64,000 bases of DNA from a virus (Duplodnaviria; Caudoviricetes), in IMG/VR virus record IMGVR_UViG_3300012665_000528, positions 1 to 64,000 of that record; one strand, written 5' to 3'. Below, piece by piece: positions 1 through 8,197 of the stretch. Position 1 is the first letter of the stretch. Each line of letters opens with the position of its first letter. The notes under the pieces were generated by a model that was given only the letters and a program-made list of their open reading frames with translations, made no database searches and was not told the origin of the DNA. Made by a program: the position numbers and the translations under genes.

Positions 1-27
1 TGTTGCGACTGCTACTCTTAGTCCCAT
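1..27 (-). CDS. 5' end of a gene running off the left edge; apparent paralog of 27..1820
   Basis: Minus strand reads ATG GGA CTA AGA GTA GCA GTC GCA ACA = MGLRVAVAT versus MALRVAVAN; ATG overlaps the upstream TAA (TAATG). Confidence 0.6.
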
Positions 28-1820
28 TATGGATTATTATTTAATGTGGTTTGAATTTGTGCTCCAGTAGTCTCCACCGTAGCAGCGTTTTTAACTCTTC
101 TTCCTATACTATTAAGCGTGTTAATGGAAGTCAAAGGGACAGCCCATATAGCGTTAGGGTCAAGGACTGCTGTGCCTACTGTGTTGTCTACAGGTACATT
201 GTTGGCTACGTTAGAGGGGGAAGGTACTACCATTGTGCCTGTTTGTGAACCTAATGAATAAACTGTTCCTTGTCTTACGTTTGCAGGAATAGGAGAATCA
301 GCTACTGTATCTGGACTTACCAGTTTAGTAGCAGGAGCTGATGCAGCTGGAGGTAAAGCTCCATTGGTAGAGTTGTTTCTAAACTCGTAATAAGAACCTA
401 TGGTTCTTCTGTAGTGCATACGAGATATATATAATGGTTGTATTCCTGTAGGAGAAGAAATAAACGGACCTGTTAAAATGTGGATAGCACTAGCTCCTGT
501 AGAAGATATAGCAACACTCGATTGCGACCCACCAATTCCAACTAAACCTGTGCAATTGATTGTACCATAATGATTTAAGTATATGTTACTCGAACTTCTA
601 AATGCTGAAGCAAGTCTTCCATACATAACCCCAGTCATAGTAATATTTGCATTATTATCGGCTTGTAGTCCAACACTAGTACTATCATATCCATTACCTC
701 CATATAAATCTCCTGTTATAGTTGCTGTTGTATTATTTAAATATACTCCATAGTGACTACCGTATGGTCCACCGACAGCAGATCCAACTAAGGTAAATAC
801 ACCCGTGGAATTAAATCTTAATCCTACTGCACCATTTGAGCTGTATCCTCCTGTAGCAATACCTACAAGATTAATAGTACAAACAACATCTGTACTGATT
901 CCGTGAGAAGAAACACCTGCCCCAGCGTTAATACTTCCTGTATAATTAAGAGTACTATTTACGCCCGTAATAGTAATTCCTGGACTACTTGCTGAGGTAG
1001 CTACAATAGTTCCAGTAACATTAAATGTACCTGCTCCTGAAAGAACTATTAAAGGCTGATTACTTACGTTTGCTCTAACAAAATTATTTCCAATCAGTGT
1101 TGATGTATTTCCTGTGGTAACGGGAACAGTAAGGACTGTAACCGACCCTTGAGAAATTGATGTTGTTCCTGTTAGTGTAACAGTTACTCCGTTATTAAGT
1201 ATAAAGGTTCCTCCTGCTACTGCTGCCGTTTCAGAATATCTTTCAAATAAGTTGATGTCATACCAAAGGGGTCTATTTACTGTAGTATTTGTAACAGTGA
1301 CGTTTATTCGATATCTTATATAAGCAGTATTATTTCCAATTGGAGGACTAAAATATGAACTAGTAGGTCCGTTTGTTACTGTATGCAAAACAACCCAAGC
1401 TGTACCATTCCACCCTTCAAATGTCCAATCTCTTGGGTTTTCACCACTACCTGTTAGCCATGAATACCCGTTAATGACAATAGCAGAAGGAAACTCGTAT
1501 GCAATCCACCCTGTATTTGCTGTAGCGACTTGAGCAACAGTTCCTCCGTTACCATCAAATGCTTGCCAAGCTCTTCTATCAGTTCCAGATTCAGAACTTG
1601 AAGTCACTATACCACTCGGTGTAGTGTAACCTGTCATGTTAGGGGTAACTTTTATTGGAGATTGTGCAGTATTTGTAATACTATCTACGTTGATGTTTTG
1701 ATCAATAGTTACAGTAAAGTTATTAGAGGCAACAACATCTCCTACAGTGGGAATTACTCCTCCGTTCCAAATAGCTGGATTACTCCAGTTACCATTAGCT
1801 ACTGCAACCCTTAACGCCAT
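27..1820 (-). CDS. Virion structural/adhesin protein with an F5/8-type C (discoidin/CBM32-like) insert and Gly-rich beta repeats
   Basis: AWQAFDG...WIAYEFPSAIVINGYSW...PRDWTFEGWNGTAW resembles F5/8C domains; very rich in G/T/S/N. Confidence 0.65.
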   Translation of the reverse strand: MALRVAVANGNWSNPAIWNGGVIPTVGDVVASNNFTVTIDQNINVDSITNTAQSPIKVTPNMTGYTTPSGIVTSSSESGTDRRAWQAFDGNGGTVAQVATANTGWIAYEFPSAIVINGYSWLTGSGENPRDWTFEGWNGTAWVVLHTVTNGPTSSYFSPPIGNNTAYIRYRINVTVTNTTVNRPLWYDINLFERYSETAAVAGGTFILNNGVTVTLTGTTSISQGSVTVLTVPVTTGNTSTLIGNNFVRANVSNQPLIVLSGAGTFNVTGTIVATSASSPGITITGVNSTLNYTGSINAGAGVSSHGISTDVVCTINLVGIATGGYSSNGAVGLRFNSTGVFTLVGSAVGGPYGSHYGVYLNNTTATITGDLYGGNGYDSTSVGLQADNNANITMTGVMYGRLASAFRSSSNIYLNHYGTINCTGLVGIGGSQSSVAISSTGASAIHILTGPFISSPTGIQPLYISRMHYRRTIGSYYEFRNNSTNGALPPAASAPATKLVSPDTVADSPIPANVRQGTVYSLGSQTGTMVVPSPSNVANNVPVDNTVGTAVLDPNAIWAVPLTSINTLNSIGRRVKNAATVETTGAQIQTTLNNNP

Positions 1821-1826
1821 AACCTG

Positions 1827-2123
1827 TTACAAACCTTTATCAGTAATAAATTCTTGAAGACCTGTCATGATCTTTTCAATGGCAGATGCAATTTCAGGAT
1901 CTGATTCAGCTTCTTTAAAAACATCGAAGTAAGAAACAGCCTTAGCGTAGTCTGGAAGTTGTTCGATGTTTCCTCCTAAGTCTCTGTAAGGAGTCAGACG
2001 CATAGCAACTGATGCTCCGATGATTCCTCCTTCTTGAACTAGAGGAGAGATAGCTAAGTTAACTAGAAGTAAAGGATACTCTACTCCGTCTACGATTGTT
2101 GGGTTTGTTGATGTGATTGCCAT
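1827..2123 (-). CDS. Hypothetical structural-region protein
   Basis: 98-aa ORF tightly packed in the minus-strand operon. Confidence 0.7.
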   Translation of the reverse strand: MAITSTNPTIVDGVEYPLLLVNLAISPLVQEGGIIGASVAMRLTPYRDLGGNIEQLPDYAKAVSYFDVFKEAESDPEIASAIEKIMTGLQEFITDKGL

Positions 2124-3418
2124 TATGTATATGTATTTGTTAGTCGGTTAGTCCAAGATGCACTTAATGCCTGGGTGATTAATATGTTTCCGTCCGTAAG
2201 GACTTGAATCCTTGTTATCTTCCAAACGTTTGCTCCTTCAGAACTTAACTGAGGTGCTCTTCCTACGTAAGAATATACTCCTTGATAATCGTGTCTTACA
2301 GTTGCAGTTACAGCAGAGTTGACCCACTTTGTTCCGTTGTAAGATAAGCTTTGTCCTATCTGTAGGTCTGTGAGTTGAACGTCTGAAAGATTAGCGATTT
2401 GTGAAATCAATCCAGTTAACTGAGAACCATCTACTGCAGGGAGTTTACCTGAACCATCTAATTTTAATAACTGGTTTACTCCGTTAAATGTATTTCCTTG
2501 AAGAGTTACATTAGAAGACAAACGGGAATCAGAAAGGGTGCCACTTGCTATATTCGAGGCTACCGTAGTGTCGACATTTGCTACGTTGCTTAATCCTACT
2601 TGTGCTTTAGTGACGTTGTGAGGATTAGAAGTATTGCCTGTGTGACTGGTTAAGGTATTTTTTGTTGTTGTGATTTGTGTTTGGGTTTTACCAAACGCTT
2701 GTAAGATTGTGTCTGTAGGAGATATTTGTGCATCTGCTCCATTACTAAACCCCGTCAAAGCAGAAGCTATAACTCTAGCTTGAGTAAAGTAGAGATTAGT
2801 TCCCTCCGACAAACTGGTGGTATCTTTTGTTGCTAGCGAGTTATCAAACAAAGTACTTGAATAATACTTATTTGTTGACCCTTGACTGATGTTATCACTA
2901 GTTAAAACTACATCACCACTTAAAGTATTTACAGACCGTACATTACCAGTACTGCTTATTGTTAGTCTGTTTAGATTATCATCGTAAGTCAGGGTAACGT
3001 TTGTACCTGCTTGAAGTAAAGCTGCTACCCTATCATCCACCCTTTCCTCAGTAAAGTATTTAGGAGTTCCTTCAGGGATATCATCAGTAGTCAAAGAGAC
3101 GTATCCTGTCTTTGTGTTGACGCTTCTTACATCTCCTGTTGCGTTTATTGTGATTGTTTCGTTGTTGTACCCAAGAGTAATATTACTTCCTGCTTGGAGC
3201 ATCTGGAACACCTTGTCTTTTACCTTGGTGTTCGTGTAATACTGATTGATTCCACCCTCAGATAAATTATCACTTGTCTTACCTACAAATGCAGCTAGTG
3301 TAACTGTAGTTACTTCAGCCAAAGAAGTTATCCCGTTCTGTAATACAACTACCCTATCGTTAGAAGCTAAACTTCCTACGAGTGGTAATTGGGAGACTCT
3401 TGTTTCTTTAGTTGCCAT
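2123..3418 (-). CDS. Tail-fibre-like structural protein with internal repeats
   Basis: Four TSDNLSEG/TTDDIPEG/TSDNISQG/DTTSLSEG + (N/K)(Q/K/L)Y(Y/F) repeats, two NVRSVNT repeats, HTGNTSNPHNVTKAQVGL fibre motif. Confidence 0.75.
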   Translation of the reverse strand: MATKETRVSQLPLVGSLASNDRVVVLQNGITSLAEVTTVTLAAFVGKTSDNLSEGGINQYYTNTKVKDKVFQMLQAGSNITLGYNNETITINATGDVRSVNTKTGYVSLTTDDIPEGTPKYFTEERVDDRVAALLQAGTNVTLTYDDNLNRLTISSTGNVRSVNTLSGDVVLTSDNISQGSTNKYYSSTLFDNSLATKDTTSLSEGTNLYFTQARVIASALTGFSNGADAQISPTDTILQAFGKTQTQITTTKNTLTSHTGNTSNPHNVTKAQVGLSNVANVDTTVASNIASGTLSDSRLSSNVTLQGNTFNGVNQLLKLDGSGKLPAVDGSQLTGLISQIANLSDVQLTDLQIGQSLSYNGTKWVNSAVTATVRHDYQGVYSYVGRAPQLSSEGANVWKITRIQVLTDGNILITQALSASWTNRLTNTYT

Positions 3419-3774
3419 TATATAAGTAATCTTGCATCCTCTTCCGTAAGTAAGTATCCTGAGTCTAACAATTCATCATACATCAGATATGCTACAGTCC
3501 TATACTTCTCTTGGAATCGGGGTTCTAAGTTTCTTACGTCACTTAATCCTACTATCGTAGTTTCAAATGTACCATTTCTATCTGTAACTGTAAGTAAGTT
3601 TCCTACTAAACTCACCCCATTAAGGGTATGAGCCATATTCTTAAGTATACTATAATCATAAATACTTAAATAACTAATCACACTTTTACCGATTATGATT
3701 AAGTCTAGGATTTCTCCAGCATAACCATTACCCATTAAGTGTAATCTTTGCCTCATACTTATAGTTAAGTACAA
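3418..3774 (-). CDS. Hypothetical protein (likely true start 3756, MRQRL)
   Basis: ORF track; a TATATTTG promoter element overlaps the annotated start. Confidence 0.6.
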   Translation of the reverse strand: MYLTISMRQRLHLMGNGYAGEILDLIIIGKSVISYLSIYDYSILKNMAHTLNGVSLVGNLLTVTDRNGTFETTIVGLSDVRNLEPRFQEKYRTVAYLMYDELLDSGYLLTEEDARLLI

Positions 3775-3779
3775 ATATA
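3772..3779 (-). promoter_or_regulatory. Bacteroidota sigma70-type -7 element TATATTTG
   Basis: Plus strand CAAATATA at 3772-3779, 15 nt upstream of ATG 3756. Confidence 0.65.
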
Positions 3780-3918
3780 ATAACTAATGAAATTAAATCA
3801 ACTCTTTCCTTTTCTCCTCTCTACTCCTCCCTTTTCTACCTTCCTTTGTCTACTTAGTAGCTTACCCCCCTGTAGTCCCCCCAAAACTACCCCTAAATCT
3901 AAACTTAAGTTGGGTAAG

Positions 3919-4010
3919 TTTTCCACACATACCCCTAAAAGACCATCTTAAAAAGCCGATGAAGTTAGACAAAAGGAAGGGAGAGCTCTATTACTTTTAA
4001 CTTATCCACA
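3919..4010 (+). promoter_or_regulatory. Two co-oriented DnaA-box-like sites
   Basis: TTTTCCACA at 3919-3927 and perfect TTATCCACA at 4002-4010 in a non-coding gap. Confidence 0.4.
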
Positions 4011-4029
4011 CAACTACTCTACTACCCTA

Positions 4030-4563
4030 CTACTCTACTCCATCCCAATGCTTGTTATCCTCTTCCCACCAGAAAGTAGGCATATCCTCACAATACATTC
4101 CAACTACATCACACTTAAACTTAGATTGTACTCTCTCTACCAATGCCACAGTAATAGGTCTCTCAAAACCAAACTCATCTATCATCCTACTCATCCAAGT
4201 ATAATTTCCCCCAGTAAGTATACCAGCCTCAACTAAAACAATCTTACTTACACTTCGTCTCCACTTACCTAACAATATCCTAAACTCTAACTTACACTCC
4301 TCAATAAACTCCTCATCACTATCAGGAAAAGAAACATCAGCACTATCATAATAAGGAAAAACTCTATCTCTACTTAACCCATGTAACACCCTCATCCCTA
4401 CTATACCACTATAGTCAGGACTAACACATACTACTAACACATCATCTACCTTCCAATCCCCCCACTCCTTACTCATAACACCCTTTAAACCCTCTATAAC
4501 CCTACCTATACCCTGTTCCTCTATTTCCTTACTTATATCCATATTACAAATATACTCCACCAC
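4030..4563 (-). CDS. Phosphoribosyltransferase-fold-like protein (likely start 4542)
   Basis: IVLVEAGILTGGN resembles the PRPP-binding loop (hhhhDDhhxTGxT); preceded by TATATTTG. Confidence 0.45.
   Translation of the reverse strand: MVEYICNMDISKEIEEQGIGRVIEGLKGVMSKEWGDWKVDDVLVVCVSPDYSGIVGMRVLHGLSRDRVFPYYDSADVSFPDSDEEFIEECKLEFRILLGKWRRSVSKIVLVEAGILTGGNYTWMSRMIDEFGFERPITVALVERVQSKFKCDVVGMYCEDMPTFWWEEDNKHWDGVE
4547..4554 (-). promoter_or_regulatory. Bacteroidota-type -7 element TATATTTG
   Basis: CAAATATA on plus strand, 4 nt upstream of ATG 4542. Confidence 0.6.
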
Positions 4564-4579
4564 TCATTCCCTCTTCCAG

Positions 4580-4730
4580 AATTTTAACCCCCTACCCCAC
4601 TTACCTACAAAAAAAAGTTAAGGACAATTTCTAACCCCCCCCACAAACAATTTATATCTATGAAGGGTTGGGGCTACAATTTTTAACCCCCCGTAGAAAT
4701 ACTTCACATCCATAAAAGGGTGGGGGATGT
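4580..4730. repeat. Degenerate ~52-bp tandem repeat at the transcription strand switch
   Basis: AATTT(T/C)TAACCCCC-like starts at 4580, 4626, 4678; AAGGGT(T/G)GGGG at 4663 and 4716. Confidence 0.65.
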
Positions 4731-4813
4731 ATGATTGATACTCCCCCTACTCTAAACCATAGTCGGTATACCCCCGTCAATGCGCAGAGGAGGTTGTTCT
4801 TTTCCATTGTGCT

Positions 4814-5128
4814 ATGATAGATAAATTTAATAAGTTAGTTGCTGTCGCAGAAGTGATGGTAGCTGAGTGGAACGAGATGACTGTTGGTGTGGCAGGTGTG
4901 GAAGTTCGAGTGGAAGGACTTGGAGGAACTGTGAGGCTTGGGATGATGAGAGAGTTTGCTGTTTACCATGCAGATGAGAATCAGTACATGCCTGAGTATG
5001 CTATGGATTATGATAGCTACTACTTTACTTGGATAGACAACAGGTGGATGAAGGATGAGCCAATGATAGTAGGAGCACCAAGTCCATTCGAGCTGAGAGA
5101 GGAAGAGTTCGACGAGCTTCCGTTCTAG
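4814..5128 (+). CDS. First rightward early protein; acidic tail EEEFDELPF
   Basis: ORF track; motif upstream and hairpin downstream. Confidence 0.75.
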   Translation: MIDKFNKLVAVAEVMVAEWNEMTVGVAGVEVRVEGLGGTVRLGMMREFAVYHADENQYMPEYAMDYDSYYFTWIDNRWMKDEPMIVGAPSPFELREEEFDELPF

Positions 5129-5177
5129 AGAGAAGAAAGCCTACCCTAGCGGGTAGGTTCTTCTTTACCCTTATGCT

Positions 5178-5354
5178 ATGAGTAGATATAAAATGATTCC
5201 AAGTCTGTTCCTGATAGGACTAGGCTTGATGGCTGCTTGGGTTACCTTGGCAGTTTGTGAGACAGGTACTCCTGTTCAATACTTCAGTGCGTTCATTGCC
5301 TTAGGCTACTGGTCATTAGGTTTACTTAGTTGGCCTAAAGAGGAGAAGAGATGA
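5178..5354 (+). CDS. 58-aa two-TM membrane protein (not in ORF track)
   Basis: Manual translation MSRYKMIPSLFLIGLGLMAAWVTLAVC...LGLLSWPKEEKR*; ATGA overlap with 5351. Confidence 0.7.
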   Translation: MSRYKMIPSLFLIGLGLMAAWVTLAVCETGTPVQYFSAFIALGYWSLGLLSWPKEEKR

Positions 5355-5566
5355 GAAAGACAATCGAGAATATACTGATTACCCTTGCGGTAGTCAGTAT
5401 GATTGCCTTCATAGTGGCAGGAGGCTTTATGACTGTGTACTTCCAATCAGGAATGATAAAGGAGTATGGTGAGGAGTTCACAAAGGTGGTGAAGTACTTC
5501 TTTGCCTTAGGATGGATACCTGCATTTGCATTGAGCATGGTACTTGCTGAGAGAAGAAAGGTCTAA
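5351..5566 (+). CDS. 71-aa two-TM membrane protein
   Basis: Two hydrophobic stretches. Confidence 0.7.
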   Translation: MRKTIENILITLAVVSMIAFIVAGGFMTVYFQSGMIKEYGEEFTKVVKYFFALGWIPAFALSMVLAERRKV

Positions 5567-5589
5567 GGACCTTTTTTCTTTACTATTCT

Positions 5590-5724
5590 ATGAGATATAT
5601 CGTAATAGTATTGGTGATTGTAGGACTAGCGTCTTGTGCATCAGGTCGTTCTGGTAGAGTTCCACACGGATGTGGTAAGGTTTCTAAGAAGTATTATCAT
5701 GGGGAATTCCTAGAATATAGATAG
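5590..5724 (+). CDS. 44-aa predicted lipoprotein (not in ORF track)
   Basis: MRYIVIVLVIVGLASC: lipobox LAS-C; sits in its own cassette. Confidence 0.7.
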   Translation: MRYIVIVLVIVGLASCASGRSGRVPHGCGKVSKKYYHGEFLEYR

Positions 5725-5754
5725 CCTTAGGGCTATCTTTTTCTTTACTCTTTT

Positions 5755-5901
5755 ATGATAGATCATTTCTCCTCCCATTATTACGTAGCTAAGTCTTATG
5801 GCTTAGAGAGAGAGTTTGTAGATACCTACAAGTTCTTTCGTAGACAAGGTGTAAGCAGAGCGTTTGCCGCTTACTATGCAGCTCAAGAGTGGGATATCTA
5901 A
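5755..5901 (+). CDS. 48-aa hypothetical early protein (not in ORF track)
   Basis: MIDHFSSHYYVAKSYGLEREF...QEWDI*; follows hairpin + motif. Confidence 0.6.
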   Translation: MIDHFSSHYYVAKSYGLEREFVDTYKFFRRQGVSRAFAAYYAAQEWDI

Positions 5902-5976
5902 CCCACTCTACGCTGATGCCTTACGTTATCATCTTAGACACATAATGAGAATGAGTAGGTTTTTCTTTTCCCTTTT

Positions 5977-6156
5977 ATGGAGAAATATGACTTAGTATTC
6001 GCTGCCTTGGAGTCTATCGTAGTAGGCATCCAAGTAGATTTAGATTGTTGTGAAGAGCACGAAGATCGTGCTTGGTTAGTTCGTGAGTACCACTATCTTG
6101 CTGAAGCAATAGATGCTTTGAAGAGTGCTCAGAACAGCAGTAAGAAAGAGTCCTAA
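5977..6156 (+). CDS. 59-aa hypothetical early protein (not in ORF track)
   Basis: MEKYDLVFAALESIVVG...SSKKES*; follows motif and ends in a hairpin. Confidence 0.6.
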   Translation: MEKYDLVFAALESIVVGIQVDLDCCEEHEDRAWLVREYHYLAEAIDALKSAQNSSKKES

Positions 6157-6183
6157 CGGACTTTTTTTCTTTTCCTTATTGCT

Positions 6184-6519
6184 ATGGATAACCTAACCCC
6201 TAAAGCTAAATCGTTGATTAACGACATGCTTAAGATTTGCGCTGACAACCTCGAAAGAAGAATGCGCCAAATGATTGAACGTCAACACGAATTCTATCAA
6301 GAGACAAAGCAAAAGACCATAGGTAAGATGCTAGGTCAAGTAGAGGATTCTTACTCGTTAGTACAAAACTTTAAGTACCAAGAAACCATAGGCTCTACCC
6401 TTAGGGAAATGGAGCAAACGTTCTTAGAGTACTTCGGTAAACCCTGGAACTATGTAGAACCAATGACTGAACCTACTCAACCACCTAAAGTTAAACGTGG
6501 TAGACCAAAGAAGAACTAA
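6184..6519 (+). CDS. Helical early protein with C-terminal AT-hook-like KRGRPKK
   Basis: ORF track; AT-hook core RGRP. Confidence 0.7.
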   Translation: MDNLTPKAKSLINDMLKICADNLERRMRQMIERQHEFYQETKQKTIGKMLGQVEDSYSLVQNFKYQETIGSTLREMEQTFLEYFGKPWNYVEPMTEPTQPPKVKRGRPKKN

Positions 6520-6555
6520 AGATAACCCCTTCGGGGGTTTTTTCTTTTCCTTCTT

Positions 6556-6867
6556 ATGAGATACCTTACCTTAACCCTACTTACCCTTCTTCTAAACTGC
6601 TCATGTGGGCAGACAACAGGGAAGAAGCATCCACGATTTACTCAGTTAACCGACCTTTCCAAAGATGACTCCATCTTTGTCTCTAACATACTACGTAACG
6701 AACAACCACTAACCTACTCAGTAGTAAACTCTATCAATGGAGTTGTACTTACCATGAGCTTTAAGGAATCAGTAGTTGTAATGATCCTTGATAAAGGAGA
6801 AATCGTAGATATGATAGAGAAAGGAAAAGATGGTAAACTCATAGTGTACGGTGGGGAGTCTGACTGA
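6556..6867 (+). CDS. Exported protein or lipoprotein
   Basis: MRYLTLTLLTLLLNCSCG|Q N-terminal signal. Confidence 0.65.
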   Translation: MRYLTLTLLTLLLNCSCGQTTGKKHPRFTQLTDLSKDDSIFVSNILRNEQPLTYSVVNSINGVVLTMSFKESVVVMILDKGEIVDMIEKGKDGKLIVYGGESD

Positions 6868-6875
6868 CTCCCTTT
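6853..6875 (+). terminator. Intrinsic terminator
   Basis: GGGAGTC-TGACT-GACTCCC followed by TTTT. Confidence 0.6.
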
Positions 6876-6922
6876 TGTCTTCCATACTACCTAAGCTCCC
6901 ATCTTACCCTTGTAATGAGGAT

Positions 6923-7135
6923 GGTAGCCCTACGCTATCACTTTGACTGGGTAATTAGAGTGACTTCCCTCTGTTTTGTCTAACTTCTAGTACCCAACTC
7001 TTACACAAAAAGTTAAACAAAAGGGGCTTGGTCATAAAAATCACGGGGGTTAGACAAATAAAAGTTAAACAAAACGACTTCCAAGGCTAATGACTCCCAA
7101 CCTCACTTCGTTCGGTTGTCCTAAACGGGGCTACC
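6923..7135 (+). ncRNA. Candidate structured ncRNA 1 (~210 nt; strand inferred from neighbours)
   Basis: Closing helix GGTAGCCC 6923-6930 / GGGCTACC 7128-7135; inner helix TTTGTCTAAC 6975-6984 / GTTAGACAAA 7049-7058; hairpin CAACC/GGTTG 7098-7118. Confidence 0.45.
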
Positions 7136-7186
7136 TCCCTTACTACGTAAGGGTTTTTCTTTTCCTTTACGCAAATTATATAAATT

Positions 7187-7768
7187 ATGAGCACAGTTAA
7201 CGCTTACTCCGCTTGGTTAAACGGCAAAGGTTCCGTTTCCGTTCTATGTGGCACTGAATCTGATTCACTTGCTACCTTCTCACTTGGTCTATCCGCTAAA
7301 TTAACACGGACAACCATTCATGTTTTTGCTCCTGCAGTATTCGAAACCTCTTTCGGTATTGCTATTGACAAAATCCAAGGTTCTGATTCTAAGAACCCCT
7401 TTCGTTTCATGGACAATGGCATCAAACCCATCAACCTTGAAAGTGTATTCGGACGTGCTGTACGTATCCAAATCGTTGAAACATCTGACTTTAACGAGGC
7501 AGTTGGTTACAAAATTATCAACGAGAAAGATGCCAATGGTGCTTACATCATTCGTGAATCTGCCTACAAGTTAGACAGAGAGACAAAGTCTAGGGTAACA
7601 GACAGCAACGGTAACTTTGTGTACCGCAAATGCTTCCTCCGTCCTGACATTGCTAAGTACGATGACGTAACTACTCAGGTAGCACAGTCTAACACAGTGG
7701 ATATCAACTCGTTAACCGAGAATGTTCCTGTAGAAGAAGATGCGAATGTGGACAATGTTCCCTTCTAA
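7187..7768 (+). CDS. Putative ssDNA-binding protein (beta-rich, acidic tail ending VPF)
   Basis: Acidic-aromatic C-terminus EEDANVDNVPF; fold not verified. Confidence 0.45.
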   Translation: MSTVNAYSAWLNGKGSVSVLCGTESDSLATFSLGLSAKLTRTTIHVFAPAVFETSFGIAIDKIQGSDSKNPFRFMDNGIKPINLESVFGRAVRIQIVETSDFNEAVGYKIINEKDANGAYIIRESAYKLDRETKSRVTDSNGNFVYRKCFLRPDIAKYDDVTTQVAQSNTVDINSLTENVPVEEDANVDNVPF

Positions 7769-7781
7769 CATCAACTAAATT

Positions 7782-7804
7782 AGCACCCTTCGGGGTGCTT
7801 TTTT
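7782..7804 (+). terminator. Intrinsic terminator
   Basis: AGCACCC-TTCG-GGGTGCT + T run. Confidence 0.8.
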
Positions 7805-8197
7805 CTTCATTAAATTACCAAAAATACAAGTACCACCTACTCTATCATCTTAAGCCCTTAATTAGAGTGACCTAACGCCACCATTACCATTCTGCTTTTC
7901 TTTCTTTCTTATAATTGTAATTAATAACTAATTTATCCGTAAATTCCCTATTGTTCTCGTATATTTATTTAATTGTAAGTTATTGATTCATAATATGTTA
8001 GAAGGAATAAAGGGGTAGCACTCCTCCCTAGTCCTCAACTATTGAGGTAGAAAGGGGTAAACTGAGAAAAAATAGCAGCGTGTTAATATACCTAAATAAA
8101 AGTTTGATATGGGTGTCTTACGGTTTCCTTGGAGTTAGGGCAGTTACTTGTTTTTCTTTACCTTACTACGACTAATACCTTTATCTAATAGGTTTAG

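Noticed and set aside
7850-8141. Pistol-ribozyme-like words TTAAGCCCT (7850) and GTTAGGGC (8134)
   Set aside because: Wrong order and about 280 nt apart for the pistol consensus.
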